A DNA stretch of 63,323 nucleotides, the filler included, from Chiloscyllium plagiosum (Eukaryota), in assembly GCF_004010195.1 (NCBI RefSeq). It is 4 parts of one record of this genome, joined end to end, with 100 filler letters (N's around TTAATTAATTAA, not from the genome) between each part and the next. Parts side by side here need not be neighbours in the genome. Positions count along the whole stretch, not along the records: positions 25,489 to 57,231 come from NC_057713.1; 3 more parts are not named here. One strand, written 5' to 3'. Every line of letters begins with the position of its first letter. Position 1 is the first letter of the stretch. The notes beneath the pieces are model-generated. The model had not been told where the DNA came from. It made no database searches and saw only the letters and a program-made list of their open reading frames with translations. Shown here piece by piece: positions 25,626 to 39,188 of the stretch. The position numbers were made by a program, and so were the translations under genes.

Positions 25626-26574
25626 AACAGTATCATTTGCAGAGGCATTGACACTTGCACTTCCTGAAGTGGAATGACAGTGCTGTCTGCTCTAATACAG
25701 GCTGAATCAATACCTGTCAGTATCTTCTTGCCGGCTGCCCTGACATAAATACTGACTGTAAAACAGTTGAAACAATTCTTTGAAGAGGAACCAGTGGCTG
25801 CTATAAATGTCTTCCCTTATGTACAGGGCAACCGCAATGTATACAGAAAACTCATCACGTTGGCAGGTAGAGAAAGCCTAGTGCACCAGGTAGTAAGGCA
25901 AAAACCAAGTACTATCCTATGAAAGGAAAGGTTAACATAGGAATCAGAGGCAAGCAAATAAACACCTCTGATGTGCAAGGAGATTGCTCAATAATGGCTA
26001 GGGCCATGCAGATGCAATGAGGCAGCTCTTCCATTTACTCTGTACCGCAGTGTCGCTACTGGTGGAACCACATTCTAATATTGCTTGGAGAAAATTCCCA
26101 TCTGTTCTTAGCTAAGACTGACTGCTCAATTATCAGAGCTGACATTAACAGGCACTTGGGTTTGACATTTAACAATAGCCCAGTTAGATCAGCTCCAGCA
26201 CCTTTTAGTTTCAGTGGGAACTCTTTGTGCTCATGGTCAGGTGATGCCTTTATGAAACTCCTTGGAAGCTTTTGCTGCATGAAAGACACTATATAAATAC
26301 AGGCCGTCATTGCTGCTGTTTTGTATGTGTGCAAATAAAAGCTACTGAAACAATCAGATTTGGGGACAGAGGTTAAGATTAAAAGAGAAAGCATGCTGCT
26401 ACTTTATCAATTATTTGTCTCAAATAGGTTATCAGAATCCAGCTCTCAACCTTTCTAATACGGAGACAGTGCCTAGAGTGACCGTCAGTGTGCCAGAAGG
26501 TCTGTTGTCCCTGTTCTTAGTGATTGGCACTGGGGAGCAGGTGTTAGACTTTCAATGTTTATTATTTGGGTCTT

Positions 26575-27234
26575 TAGATTTTATTAGATTAGATTCCCTA
26601 CAGTATGGAAACAGGCCTTTTGGCCCAGCAAGTCCACACCGACCCTCCAAAGAGCAACCCACCCATACCCACTCTCCTACCTCATATTTACCCTTGACTA
26701 ATGCACCTAACGCTATCGGCAATTTAGCATGGCCAATTTACTTGCCTTCAAGGACAAAGTTCAGCTGAGTTCAGTAGGAAGATGCTTGTTTCCATGTGTT
26801 TGTGCATGTGCAATCTCCTTGCACATCAGAGGTGTTTATTTGCTTGCCTCTGATTCCTATGTTAACCTTTCCTTTCATAGGATAGTACTTGGTTTTTGCC
26901 TTACTACCTGGTGCACTAGGCTTGCAGGTCAGGTGAATTGGCCATGCTAAATTGCCCGTAGTGTTAGGTATAGGGGTAAATGTAGGGGTATGGGTGGGTT
27001 GCGCTTCGGCGGGTCGGTGTGGACTTGTTGGGCCGAAGGGCCTGTTTCCATACTGTAATGTAATCTAATTTACCTGATCTGCACATCTTTGGATTGTGGG
27101 AGGAAAAAGGAGCACCCAGAGGAAACTCACGCAGACACTGGGAGAACGTGCAAACTCCACACAGACAGTCACCCGAGGCGGGAATCGAACCTGGGTCCCT
27201 GGTGCTGTGTGGCAGTGCTAGCCACTGAGCCACC
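26575..27234 (-). mobile_element. HE1-like SINE interrupted by a nested insertion at 26742-27066
   Basis: The 3' half (26575-26741) and 5' half (27067-27234) are collinear. TSD AATTTAC at 26735-26741 and 27067-27073. Confidence 0.85.
26924..27066 (+). mobile_element. 5'-truncated HE1-like SINE nested in opposite orientation
   Basis: GCAGGTCAGGTGAATTGGCCATGCTAAATTGCCC...CTGTAATGTAATCT tail. Confidence 0.85.
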
Positions 27235-27879
27235 AGGTGATGAGTTAACAAAATATAACTGCCTACTCAAGGTGGAATTGTTGCCTAATTCTGCATAACG
27301 AGGAGGGTCCCTTGAACTCGAAATTGGCTTTACAATGACAAGAGGCAAGAAAACCAGAATGGAAAGTCAATAGAAAGACAAGCAGTACAAATTGCAACAG
27401 GAACATCCTGGAGCAAGTCACCTGGGTCTAAAGGAAAACTTGTCAGTGACCAATATTAAACACTACGCTGTCTCTCTGGTGTATGAAAGAAAACAGATGG
27501 GGTCCAGGCACTGTTTTTAAACTTCAAACAGAAATCCTGCCGGATTAGATGAATGAGTGTCACTTGCTCCATTCTGCTGCGATGTGTATGTGTAAAGCAG
27601 AACACAGACACAAACACATGGAAACAGGCATCTTCCTACTGAACTCAGCTGAACTTTGTCCTTGAAGGCAGGAAGGATGCCGATTGGAAAATATCAACCA
27701 GGGACCAGGAAACAGACTTAACAGTCAGCCACTGCCAAACACTTTATGCTTGTGACTGAACTCCCAATGACCCTGGGAGGCCTCACGTTGGGATCCAGCT
27801 CAAACCAAGGCCCCCTCTCTTCCCGATGATAACAGATGGGAGATTCTCTCAGATCCACACGCAGAATAATGAGGATTCA

Positions 27880-30800
27880 CAGAGCATTGGATTGTTATGG
27901 CGCAGGGAGAGGCTATTAGGCCCATTGGTATCCGTCCTTCAAACAAGCAACTCACTTCCCATCAGTCTCCTTCCTACCTTCTCCCCGTAGCCCTGCACTT
28001 CTTCATTTTTCAGATCACCAACGTTGAAAGTCTCCATTGAATCTTCCTCCATCACACACTCAGGAAAGGCAGTTCAGATCTCAACCATTCATTGCGTGAG
28101 AAAGATTTTCCTCAGCTTCTTCGCTTCTCTTACGAATTACTTTAATCTCTCATTCTCAGTGCTATTACAAATGGGATCAGTTTCACCCTCAGTTGCTCAG
28201 TCGAGACCACTCAGATTTTGAATACCACTCTCAGATTTCCTCCCCATCTATCTTCATAAACAAAATTCTTCATACCTTGAACCATTCTCATGATTTCTTC
28301 ATAACACCTTCACATTCTTCCTAAAGTGTGGTGCCTAGAACTGAATGGAATACTCCTTACTTTTGTACTGTATGGCCACATTTACTAAGATTTGAATACT
28401 ATACGCGTTATAGAATTCTTACAGGGCAGATAGAGGGCACTTGGGCCATTGAGTCTGTACTGACCATCTGAAGAGCATCCCACCCAAACCTTTTTGCATG
28501 CAAATAGACTTGCAAACTGACTCAAGAAAGGAGTCCATTCACAATTCAGGACTGCCTGTATTTTACATTGTCACCTTATTCTTCCTACCAGAAGAGATCA
28601 CTTAGCATTTCTTTTCATTATTTGGAGATACCGGTGTTGGACTAGGGTGTACAAATTTTTATTTATCATCTAGTTACAGGTTGCCATCCATGATTGCCCC
28701 AAACCTAACTCTAACTTCTTTATGTTGGGTGATCTGCTATCTTAAGTAAGCTGTTACCTTAATAAATAGTCTGATGCTTAATACTTCATTAAATTCGTTC
28801 TGCGAATCCAAATACATTACATCCATTGTTTCTTCTTTATATATCCTCCTTGTTATCTCGAGTTACAGTATATTTGTCAGGCATGATTTCCCCTTTGTGA
28901 AACTATACTGACTGTGCTTGATCATATATATTTCTACATGCTGTGTTATTACATCGCTTTTTAATAGGGTCTAATGTTTTCCTAATTAAGCTAATCGGTC
29001 TATAATTATATGATGCATGTTCCCCCTCCCCCACTTTTGAATAAACAGTGTTATATTGGCAGTTTACCAATTCTGTAGAACTTAGATGTTGGATAAGGTT
29101 TCTTGAACAATTAACACCAGCGCACCCACTATCTCAATAGCCTCTTCCCTTAACATCCTAAGATCCATCCCCTCAGGTCATTGAAACTTATTGGTTTTTA
29201 GTCCCATTAGTTTCTCTAGCACTTTTTCCAGTGATAATTGTTTCCTCTTCTCCCTTTTACCCTTGAATATTTATAATTTTGAAACATTATTAGTGTCTTC
29301 TACCATAAAGACTGATGCAAGATATTTATTCAACTCCTCACCGGTTTCCTGGTTCCCTGTTATTGCTTTCCCATTTCTATGAGGGACCTATGTTCACTTC
29401 ATTGCACTCCTGCAATCGCCAGAACATCAATCCTTAGAGGAGACCAAAACTGCACATAATAATCCAGGTGTGGTCTCACCAAGGCCCTATAACTGCTGCA
29501 AGAGGTCCCTGTTCCTGCTCTCAAATCCTTTCACTATGAAAGTCAACAAACTATTTGCCTCTTGCACTTTCATGCTTACTTTTTGCAACTGGTATACAAA
29601 GACTGGCAGGTGTCATTGTCAGTATCTTTTGGAATATTGTATACAATTCTGGTTTCCTTCCTATGGGAAGGACGTTGTGAAAGCCGGAAGGGTTCAGGAA
29701 AGATTTAATGATTGCCAGGGTTGGAGGATTTGAGTTATAAGGAGAGACCGAATAGGCTAAGGCTATTTTCCTGGAGCAGAGACTGAGGTTTATAAAATCA
29801 TAAGTGACATGGATAGGGCAAATAGACAATGTCTTTTCCACAGAGTGGGGGAGTCCAGAACTAGGCTTTAGGGTGAAGGGGGAAAAGATATAAAAGAGAC
29901 CCAAGGGGCAACATTTTCACACAGACAGCCAGAGGAAGTGGTGGGAGCTAGTAAGATTGCAACATTTAAAAAGGCATCTGGATGGCTATACGAATAGGAA
30001 GGGTTTGGAGGGATGTGGGCCGGGTTCTGGCAGGTGTGACTAGATAGAGTTGGGATATCTGGTCAGCATGGACGACTTGTCCCGAAGGATGCACGTCTCT
30101 ATAACTTTATTTGCCTTTGAATCTCAATCCGCTTTGTTGTTAAACCCCTTTCCCAAACGTTTCATCCAACTCTGCCCTTATTCCTTTGAAAAGACCCATA
30201 TTTAAGTTTCTAACCCAAGGTCCTCCTGCTCAAACCGAATACTAAATTTGGCCGTGTTATGGTCATTGACACCCAGGAGATCTTTACCCTAACATCTTTC
30301 ATGAAACTGCCTTATTACACATTGCTAGATATAAAATAGTCCGATCCCTTGTTCAATTCACAGCACACTGTTCTCAGAAACTGTACTGAAAACACTAAGA
30401 ATTCTTCCTCTACCAATCGGACTATCCCAATCTACATGAAGATCAAAGTCACCCATGATTAATGTCCTACCTTTTCTTCAAGCCCTCCTTATCATCTGAT
30501 TTATTCGGTCCCATTGTGAAGCCTATAGTTTACTCCAACCTGTCTCTTCTCTCTTAGTTCTCACCTTTGCCCGCATCAATACATCTTCTAATTCAAGACC
30601 ATTTCTTGCTATTGTGATTATTCCAACTTGTACTAATAATGCTACCCCACCAATCTTTTCTTCCTGGTTCTTCTTACAAAAAGTCACATACCCCTGAATA
30701 TTTAGTTTCCACCTTTGATTTCCTTGTGTGTCTCTATTTTTCATAACCTGTACTTGCCATCAATTCATTTATTGTGTTCAAATACTAAATGCATTCAATT

Positions 30801-31845
30801 AAAAAAAAACATTGACTTTATCATATCCTTTCAGTCCATTGACCCCTGACTTTCAATGCTTGTGCATTAAAGATAAAGACATCTTTTTCAATGATGGCAG
30901 CCAGTGACGAGTGGAGTTCAGCAGGGGTCAACGTTGGGATCACAACATTGTACGTTAATGACCTAGATAAAGGAATGGAGGGTATTGTTGCTAGGTTGCA
31001 GATGACACAAAGGTAGGTGAAGGGGTAGGTAGTATTGAAGAGACAGCAAGGCTGCAGAAAGACTTGGACAGGCTAGAAAAATAGGCAAAGTCACAGCAGA
31101 TGGAATACACTGAGAAAGTGTGAAGTTGTGTACTTTGTTAGGAAGAATAGAGGCACAGACTATTTTCCAAGTGGGGAAAGGCTTTGGAAATCTGAAGCAC
31201 AAAGGAACTAGGGAGTCCTATTTCAGGATTCTTTTCAGATTAAAATGTAGGCTCAGTTGGCAGTTAGTAAGGTAAATACAATGTTAACATTCATTTCAAG
31301 AGTAGAAGAGCAGATATGCACTGCCGAGGCTGCATAAGGCCAGACCACATTTTGAGCCCCATATCTAAGGAAGGATGTGCTGCATAGGAGGGATCAAGGG
31401 GATTATGAGAATGATCCTGGGGATGAAGTATTTGTCAGATCAGAAGCGGTTCAGAACTCTGTGCTCAATGGAGCTTAGATGGATGGGGGGTGGGGTGGGA
31501 ACAGGGAATCTGATTGAAATTTACAGAATGCTGAGGCCTGGATAGAGTGGATGCAGAGACTGTTTCCACCAGTAGGAGAGATGAGGACATGAAGGCATAG
31601 CCTCTCTGGAACGGAGAAGATGAAGAATTTCTTCAGCCAGATGGTGGTGAATCTATGAAGCTCATTATCACAGAGAACTGTGAAGGCCAAGTCAATGAGT
31701 ATATTTAAGACAGAGCTAGATTGATTCTTTATTAGTAAGAGGGTCAAGGATGAAGGCCAGAGAATGAGGCTAAAAAACTATCAGCTAGGATTGAATAATG
31801 GAGCAGACATGATAGGCTGAATGACCCAATTCCACTCATTTATTG
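27880..31845. mobile_element. mosaic of CR1 fragments in both orientations (+ at about 29620-30105 and 30890-31845; - at about 28780-29620 and 30110-30800)
   Basis: Repeated CR1 motifs (LEYCIQFW, VADDTK, reverse complement of MGDF) and CR1 tails. Confidence 0.7.
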
Positions 31846-32243
31846 TACTCTGTTCAACCATTGGCTCCAGCAGGTTGAAGCGAAGCCCACAGATAAGTGC
31901 TATCCTATCGCCCAGTATTGATGTCAAAATCCATGAACGGAAACCCGCTTCATCTGTATCAATCTTTGATTTACATATTTAACTCTGACTTCATTTACCC
32001 AATGCCAGTTTGCCCATGACTCAGGATCTGCATCCAGGAGCTGTACTGATGTCAGGATTTTAACGACCCTGGTGGAATTCAATCTCAGCACCAATGAGCA
32101 GGCTACTATGAGGCAAGTGTGGTTTGATAACACTAGTAATGACAACGTCTATCATATTACCACTGATCAAGAAGAGACTGATGCTGTTGTAATTTGCCAA
32201 GTTACATTTGTCCTGTTGTGTACTTGGACAATTTTCCATATTG

Positions 32244-33474
32244 CCTCTTCGTAGGATATGTGGAACAATCCATCTTCCGCAACTACACTGGCCCCACCCC
32301 CCACCTTTTCCTCCGCTACATCGATGACTGTATCGGCGCCGCCTCGTGCTCCCACGAGGAGGTTGAACAGTTCATCCACTTCACCAACAACTTCCACCCC
32401 GACCTCAAATTCACCTGGACAGTCTCACATTCCTCCCTCCCCTTCCTCGACCTTACTATTTCTATCTCAGGCGACCGAATCAACACGGAATCTCTTTCCA
32501 ATCCTCCCACTTCCTCCAAACAAAAGGAGTAGCCATGGGCACCCGCATGGGCCCCAGCTATGCCTACCTCTTCGTAGGATATGTGGAACANNNNNNNNNN
32601 NNNNNNNNNNNNNNNNNNNNNNNNNNNNNNNNNNNNNNNNNNNNNNNNNNNNNNNNNNNNNNNNNNNNNNNNNNNNNNNNNNNNNNNNNNNNNNNNNNNN
32701 NNNNNNNNNNNNNNNNNNNNNNNNNNNNNNNNNNNNNNNNNNNNNNNNNNNNNNNNNNNNNNNNNNNNNNNNNNNNNNNNNNNNNNNNNNNNNNNNNNNN
32801 NNNNNNNNNNNNNNNNNNNNNNNNNNNNNNNNNNNNNNNNNNNNNNNNNNNNNNNNNNNNNNNNNNNNNNNNNNNNNNNNNNNNNNNNNNNNNNNNNNNN
32901 NNNNNNNNNNNNNNNNNNNNNNNNNNNNNNNNNNNNNNNNNNNNNNNNNNNNNNNNNNNNNNNNNNNNNNNNNNNNNNNNNNNNNNNNNNNNNNNNNNNN
33001 NNNNNNNNNNNNNNNNNNNNNNNNNNNNNNNNNNNNNNNNNNNNNNNNNNNNNNNNNNNNNNNNNNNNNNNNNNNNNNNNNNNNNNNNNNNNNNNNNNNN
33101 NNNNNNNNNNNNNNNNNNNNNNNNNNNNNNNNNNNNNNNNNNNNNNNNNNNNNNNNNNNNNNNNNNNNNNNNNNNNNNNNNNNNNNNNNNNNNNNNNNNN
33201 NNNNNNNNNNNNNNNNNNNNNNNNNNNNNNNNNNNNNNNNNNNNNNNNNNNNNNNNNNNNNNNNNNNNNNNNNNNNNNNNNNNNNNNNNNNNACCTCTTT
33301 CCACCTATCACATTTCTGACGCCCCTCCCCCAAGTCCCTCCTCCCTACCTTTTATCTTAGCCTGCTGGACAAACTTTCCTCATTCCTGAAGAAGGGCTTA
33401 TGCCCGAAACGTCGATTCTCCTGTTCCCTGGATGCTGCCTGACCTGCTGCGCTTTTCCAGCAACACATTTCCAG
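32244..33474 (+). mobile_element. Penelope-like element: RT fragment, assembly gap, 3' terminal repeat
   Basis: LFVGYVEQ...FLRYIDD...LPFLDL and QTKGVAMGTRMGPSYA are PLE RT motifs. A 15 bp TSD CAATTTTCCATATTG lies at 32229-32243 and 33475-33489, inside an older LINE. Confidence 0.9.
33382..33417 (+). ncRNA. minimal hammerhead ribozyme motif
   Basis: ATTC-CTGAAGA-A-GGGC(TTAT)GCCC-GAAA-CGTC-GATT. Confidence 0.75.
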
Positions 33475-33639
33475 CAATTTTCCATATTGTCAGGTAGATG
33501 CCAGTGTTGGAGCTGCTCTGGAAGAGCTTGCCAAGAGGCATGGTAAGTTGTGGAGATAAGACTTTACAACTATTGCTACAACATTATCAGGCCTTTGTAA
33601 TACTCAATCCCTTTCTTGATGTCATGTGTAGTGAATCAA

Positions 33640-34880
33640 ACATAGAACAGATCATCATAGGAACAGGCCCTTTTGCTCACCATGTCTGTGACTGATCACA
33701 ATGCCATTCTGAACTAATCCTACCTGCCCACGTGGTCCACATCCCTCTGTTCCCTGCCTGTTCATGCTTCTGTCTAAATGCCATTTAAAATATTGCTAAT
33801 GTATTGGCTTCCATCACCTGCTCGGACTGTGTAAACTGAGACGGTGCGGAAAAGATTTTCAAGGATTCTGCTGGCACTGAGGGTTCGAGTTTTCGGGAGA
33901 GGCTGAATAGACCGGGGCTATTTTTCCTGGAACACCAGAGGCGGAGGGTTGACCTTACAGAGGTTTATAAAATTATGAACACGGATAGGGTGAATAATAA
34001 AGGTCTTCTCCCTAGGGTGGGTGAGTCCAAGACAAGAGGGCATAGGTTTAAGGTGAAAGGGCAAAGATAGAACAAGGACAGGAGGGATAACTTTTTAATG
34101 CAGAGGGTCAAAAAAGTGTGTATGGAACGAGCTGCCAGAGGAAGTGGTGACGGCAGGAACAATTACAATATGGATGGGTATAGGAAGAATTTATAAGGGT
34201 ATGGGGCAAATAAGACTGGGTCAGATTGGAGTGTCTGATCTGGAACAAAGGGTCTGTTTTCAGGCTGTATAATCCTTTCTCCTTTAATTCTCTCACCATA
34301 AACCTATGCTCCCTAACATCTGACATTTCCACATTGGGTAAAAGACTCCCAACCATCCACCCTTCCCATAATTTTATACTTTTCTACCAAGTCACCCCTC
34401 AGCATCCGATGCTCTAGTGAAAGCAGTCAGTTTGTCCAGTGTCTCCTTCCAGCTAAAACCTTCCAGTTCTGGCAACACCCTGGTAAACCTCTTCTCCAAA
34501 GCCTCCACATCCTTCCCATAGTGTGGTGACCAGAAGAGCGCACACAATGCAGTCTAACTAAAGTTTTATACAACTGCAACATCTTGCCCACTTTTATACT
34601 CAATGTGTCAACCAATGAAGGCAAGAATGCCATACACCTCCTTTACCATTTTATTCACTGTGTTGCCATTTCAGAGGTATAGACTTGCATCCCAAGATCA
34701 CTCTGCATAATCAATGCTCCCAAGGGTCTTTCCATTTATTGTGTAATTTCCTCTTGCATTTGACTCCCAAAATTCATCACCTCTCACTTATCTGGATTAA
34801 ATTCCATCGCCCATTTCTCCGAGCACTGATCCTTGAGGAACACCATGGTCACAGACCTCTCGCCAGAAAACACCCTTCAC
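33640..34880. mobile_element. CR1 fragments (+ copy at about 33830-34270 nested in a - copy)
   Basis: CR1 C-terminal motifs on both strands (ORFs 33965-34162 and 34427-34633). Confidence 0.7.
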
Positions 34881-36034
34881 AACTTAAGGTAAGATTCTTA
34901 GTCTGATCCTTACAGACTAAACATCTGCCCCAGCTTATAACAATCCATTAGGAAATGAATAGCTTTTTAAAGCAAATAAAAACTTTAATGAAATCAACTA
35001 GATACAAAACTTTAACATCGAGCATAAAGTTCTTGCTAGAAAGTTGGAATTTACAGAATTTAAGAAACAAACATACATTTTTGAAAACAAGAGCCCTTTT
35101 AAAAGTTACCCAACTGGATGCAAATTGAAACTCCGATCACTTTTTTTTTGAAAGTCCAAAAATGTTCATTCAGAAAAATCATGGTGGTTCAAAAAAAAAT
35201 CCTATAAAGGATATGGATGTCAGTTCTCAGCCACTCTGAACTCCATCCAAGGTCCACGAAACAAGTTCAGATCTACCTTTAAATAGGAAAGTTCTTTTTG
35301 GAGTAGGATTAACCTTTTCCACAAATACAGAAAAAAAAATGAAGTTGTTGTTTGTCTATAGTGGTTCTGAGTAGTGTATAGGACTTGAGAACATCACAAT
35401 AGCAGAGAATTTGCAGCTATCAACCAGAAATACATTAAAATATTTGGATTCTATGGTTATTGAATGTAACTATGCAATACCATTCTATTAATACATTTCA
35501 AATTTTACAGAAAGATTAATAAATTGTTTCTATCAGCTAACTGTACAAGTATCGCATTTTCTCTTTATCAATGTGGAACCTGTTTCAAGGAAGGGTGAGG
35601 TTTGAATATCGGTGTCACAACTTCACTGGATTTTTAAAATAATTTTTTGTAAAGCAAAATTCAACTGACTGCAGAGGGCAGTCATACTTAGCATTGCTTT
35701 TTCTCGCTGACTGGAACAATGGAGATGTTGGCACTGATCATGCCCTTTAAAGTAATTACTGGCAGAACACCATTTACTTCAATGAACTGCAAACTACATC
35801 TTGAACATTCCAACCCAGCTTTTTTCCGTCTTTCCTTCCCTCAAAAGAAAATTAAAATCAACACATAGACACTGATACTATTTAATAAAAATAACTGGCA
35901 CCTGGCTCAAACTAATAGGATTACTAATCATATTTTTTGAAAGACTAACATTTTCCTTTAGGATATTACTGTAGACACTATTTTGAAATACTATACAGTT
36001 CTGTGAATCTATGCACTCAACACAATATGAACAA

Positions 36035-36340
36035 TTAAGATTCCCTACAGTGTGGAAACAGGCCCTTTGGCCCAGCAAGTCCACACCAACTGCCTGAGGA
36101 GTAACCCACCCAGACACATTTCCCTCTGACTAATGCACCTATGGGCAATTTACCATGGCCAATTCACCTGGCCTGCACATCTTTGGATTGTGGGAGGAAA
36201 CCAGAGCACCCAGAGGTAACCCATGCAGACATGGGGACAATGTGTATGCTCCACACAGACAGTTGCCTGAGGAGAGAATCGAACTAGGGTCCCTAGCACT
36301 ATGAAGCAGCAAAGCTAATCGCTGAGTCATCGTGGCGCCC
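36035..36340 (-). mobile_element. HE1-like SINE
   Basis: Same body and tail as 23041-23366. Confidence 0.85.
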
Positions 36341-36439
36341 ATAAATTCTAATGCACATTTTAAATATACATTCATTACACACTATTTTGATGAGTTCATG
36401 AGCAGTGTGCTTAAACTTTGTTGTGCAATACTGGTGGCT

Positions 36440-36782
36440 GAAGAGGACCTTAGAGGTTTATAAAATCATGAAGTGCATGAATAGAATAAATAGACAAGGT
36501 CTTTTCCCTGGAGTGGGGGAGTCCAGAACTGGAGGGGTGAGAAGGGAAAGATATAAAATAGACTGAAGGGGCAACTTTTTCATTCAAAGTAGAGTGTATG
36601 GAATGAGCTTTCCAGAGGACATGGTGGCAGCCGGTACAATAACAAACATTTAAAAAGCATTTGGATGAGTGTATGAATAGAAAGACTTGAAAGAGGTATG
36701 GGCCAAGTGCTGGGAAAGATTGGGTAGGATATTTCATCAGCATGGGCGAATTGGATTGAAGGGTCTGCTTCTGTGCTGTAAT
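36440..36782 (+). mobile_element. CR1 3' fragment
   Basis: GACCTTAGAGGTTTATAAAATCATG...GGAATGAGCTT...GGGTCTGCTTCTGTGCTGTA. Confidence 0.8.
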
Positions 36783-39009
36783 TAGGCCTAATTTAATGTA
36801 CCACTTTTAGTATAGGTTAGGGTTGAGCACCAATACTAAAACTAGTAACGTTTTTTTAATTTAAGAACATGTTTATATAAAGGAAATTATTTGATCCTAG
36901 ATGATGAAATGAAGGAATAAATATATTTATTAAACAGGTACAGCTGGGTACTTCTACTGGCCACAGAACTTCCATCTGCAAATCTACACTCAATACTAAC
37001 ATGAACTTGTCAACTAAGTTAGCTAATTAAACAACTAAGAGAATATCACTACTGTTAAAATAAGGAGTTCATTTATTTACTAGATCTAAAATTTCAATCA
37101 TGCAAATTAACATATTAAACAAATCTAATAATATAAAATACTTGGCATAATTTCAATTCTGACTGCAAACCTCTGATAAGGCCTATAGATTAAAAAAGGT
37201 GTAGCTAACTTCATTGATATATTCCAGTGGTTTCAAAACATTCTCTTCTCTCATGGGTATCACATGTTTCTGCATACATTGCTGTTTCCCCATAATTCTT
37301 TTGTGTATGGATACAAAGAGTTGCAACTGTATTCTGTTTGAGACTCGACTATACATTTAATCCCTTTGGTGCAATTCTGGACAACATCAGAAACACTGTT
37401 TTGATCTACCACACAATATTGAGAGATTTCTGGGGACTATTAGCAAAGATGGGATGAACTAGAAATCTACTATATTTCCATAATTACCAAGACCAAAAGT
37501 AAAAAAACTTTCTTCAGCAAATACTTCAACTCACCAGAAGACAAATCTAATCAACTTCAATGTAGTTGCAATACATAATTAAAAGCACTACAAATTTTGA
37601 AGAAATACACAAAAATATAACCATTTCCAGGTAGTATTTAATTTTTTTTTCATCCAAATGTGTTCCTTATGAGCTCTGTCTCTCCCAGTGAAATCCCCCT
37701 TAACCTTGAGAGCGGTGAATTATGAACGAAATGCTTTACCACAATGTTTCAACAGGAAGCACAATTCAATTGAACAAAGTTTGGCTCCTAAAGCTATTTC
37801 CAATTCCAGCTCCTATATGGCATTGTACTGCATGTAATGCACCAACTAAACTCAATCATTTATTTAGCATGAGATAAGAGGAAGTGCCTGGGACTCATAA
37901 CTGGGCTTATCATCAAAAGAGATGAGATTTCAGTCATGTACAGCGCTAACTTACAGTTATACAAAAGAAAAAAAAATACAAGAATAGCATTACCTGAACA
38001 AAATAACCAAATTATTACTTTTATTTTCTCATTCAAATCTCTTCATTTCTTGCAGTCTGGGTGGAAAATGGTATTTACTCTTCACTTTCCTTTTAAGTTG
38101 TTAAAACTGTATGAGTTCTAATTAAATGGAATTTGTTATATTAATGTGCTTAAAAAGCCAACCAAGCTTAATCTGCAGGCTTAAACAAAGAAACATCAAG
38201 TCTGTTAGTAAAACAGGCAAGAATTCCCTATTATTGATATACATCGACAGTATTAATAGAGGGGCAGTGTTTCTTTTGATGCTAAAGCCCCTGCTATGGA
38301 ATTTTCACCAGGTGCTCTCAATTTTTGTTTACCACCAGGACAGATACCTGTTTATGGGGTAAATATAGCATAAAATATGGTAAAGTAAGTTGAAAGCCCA
38401 ATGATGCTCTGCTTACAATCACTTAGCCTGGTCCACCTTTTATCATAGCAAAAAATAAAAAAGTGGCCCAAGAGTAGTCTAATAATGACATATGGCTGGG
38501 TACAACCAACAGACCTATATTAAAAAGAAGACTGAGCACATTTGTTAAACTGAATAATTGAAAAATTGTGTGGATAAGTTGTCAACTGCAGAAAATAGGA
38601 GTTTGATTTTGATCTTCTGTTCTGAACCCATTTGCAGCTTGAAATCTGACAGAATATTCATGACTGTTGCTAAGTGTGGATAGCATTATCTTCCTCCCAC
38701 AAACTTTCCCCATTACATTGAAAAGAATAAATAAATATATATTTCTAAAGCAATCTGCAACAAATTAATTACATTTAAAGTGCAACCACTCTTGTTATGT
38801 AGAGCAATGTTGTACTAATTCGCAGACAGCACACTTGCACAAATGACCAAAGTGACTTTTTAAATTTAAAAATTGGTTACGTTGAAAGATAAATATTGAT
38901 TACCACAGCAGAATTTCTTTCATCCTCTTTGAATAGTGGCATGGATTCTTTTTCACCCATCTCATAAAGCCAACAAGACAGCAATCTAATACAACCACTT
39001 TGTCACAAA

Positions 39010-39188
39010 CCTAAGGAAACCTAAACACAAACAGAAAGCGGGCCATGCCACCAGTGCTTCATCCAGAGACTCACTGATGATGTTACCTCGGATAGTGATG
39101 AAACATCTGAAAAAGAACCTTCTAGCTCAGCGAGCAAACCTACATGCAGAACCGCAACCTGAGCTACAAATCTTCTCAAAACTCACTA
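39010..39188 (+). mobile_element. short Penelope-like insertion (third family) with hammerhead-like core
   Basis: 13 bp TSD ACTTTGTCACAAA at 38997-39009 and 39189-39201. Core TCA-CTGATGA-T-GTTAC...GTGAT-GAAA-CATC-TGA at 39071-39110. Confidence 0.7.

Noticed and set aside
32258..33389. Several 250-350 aa ORFs
   Set aside because: They are artefacts of translating through the N gap.
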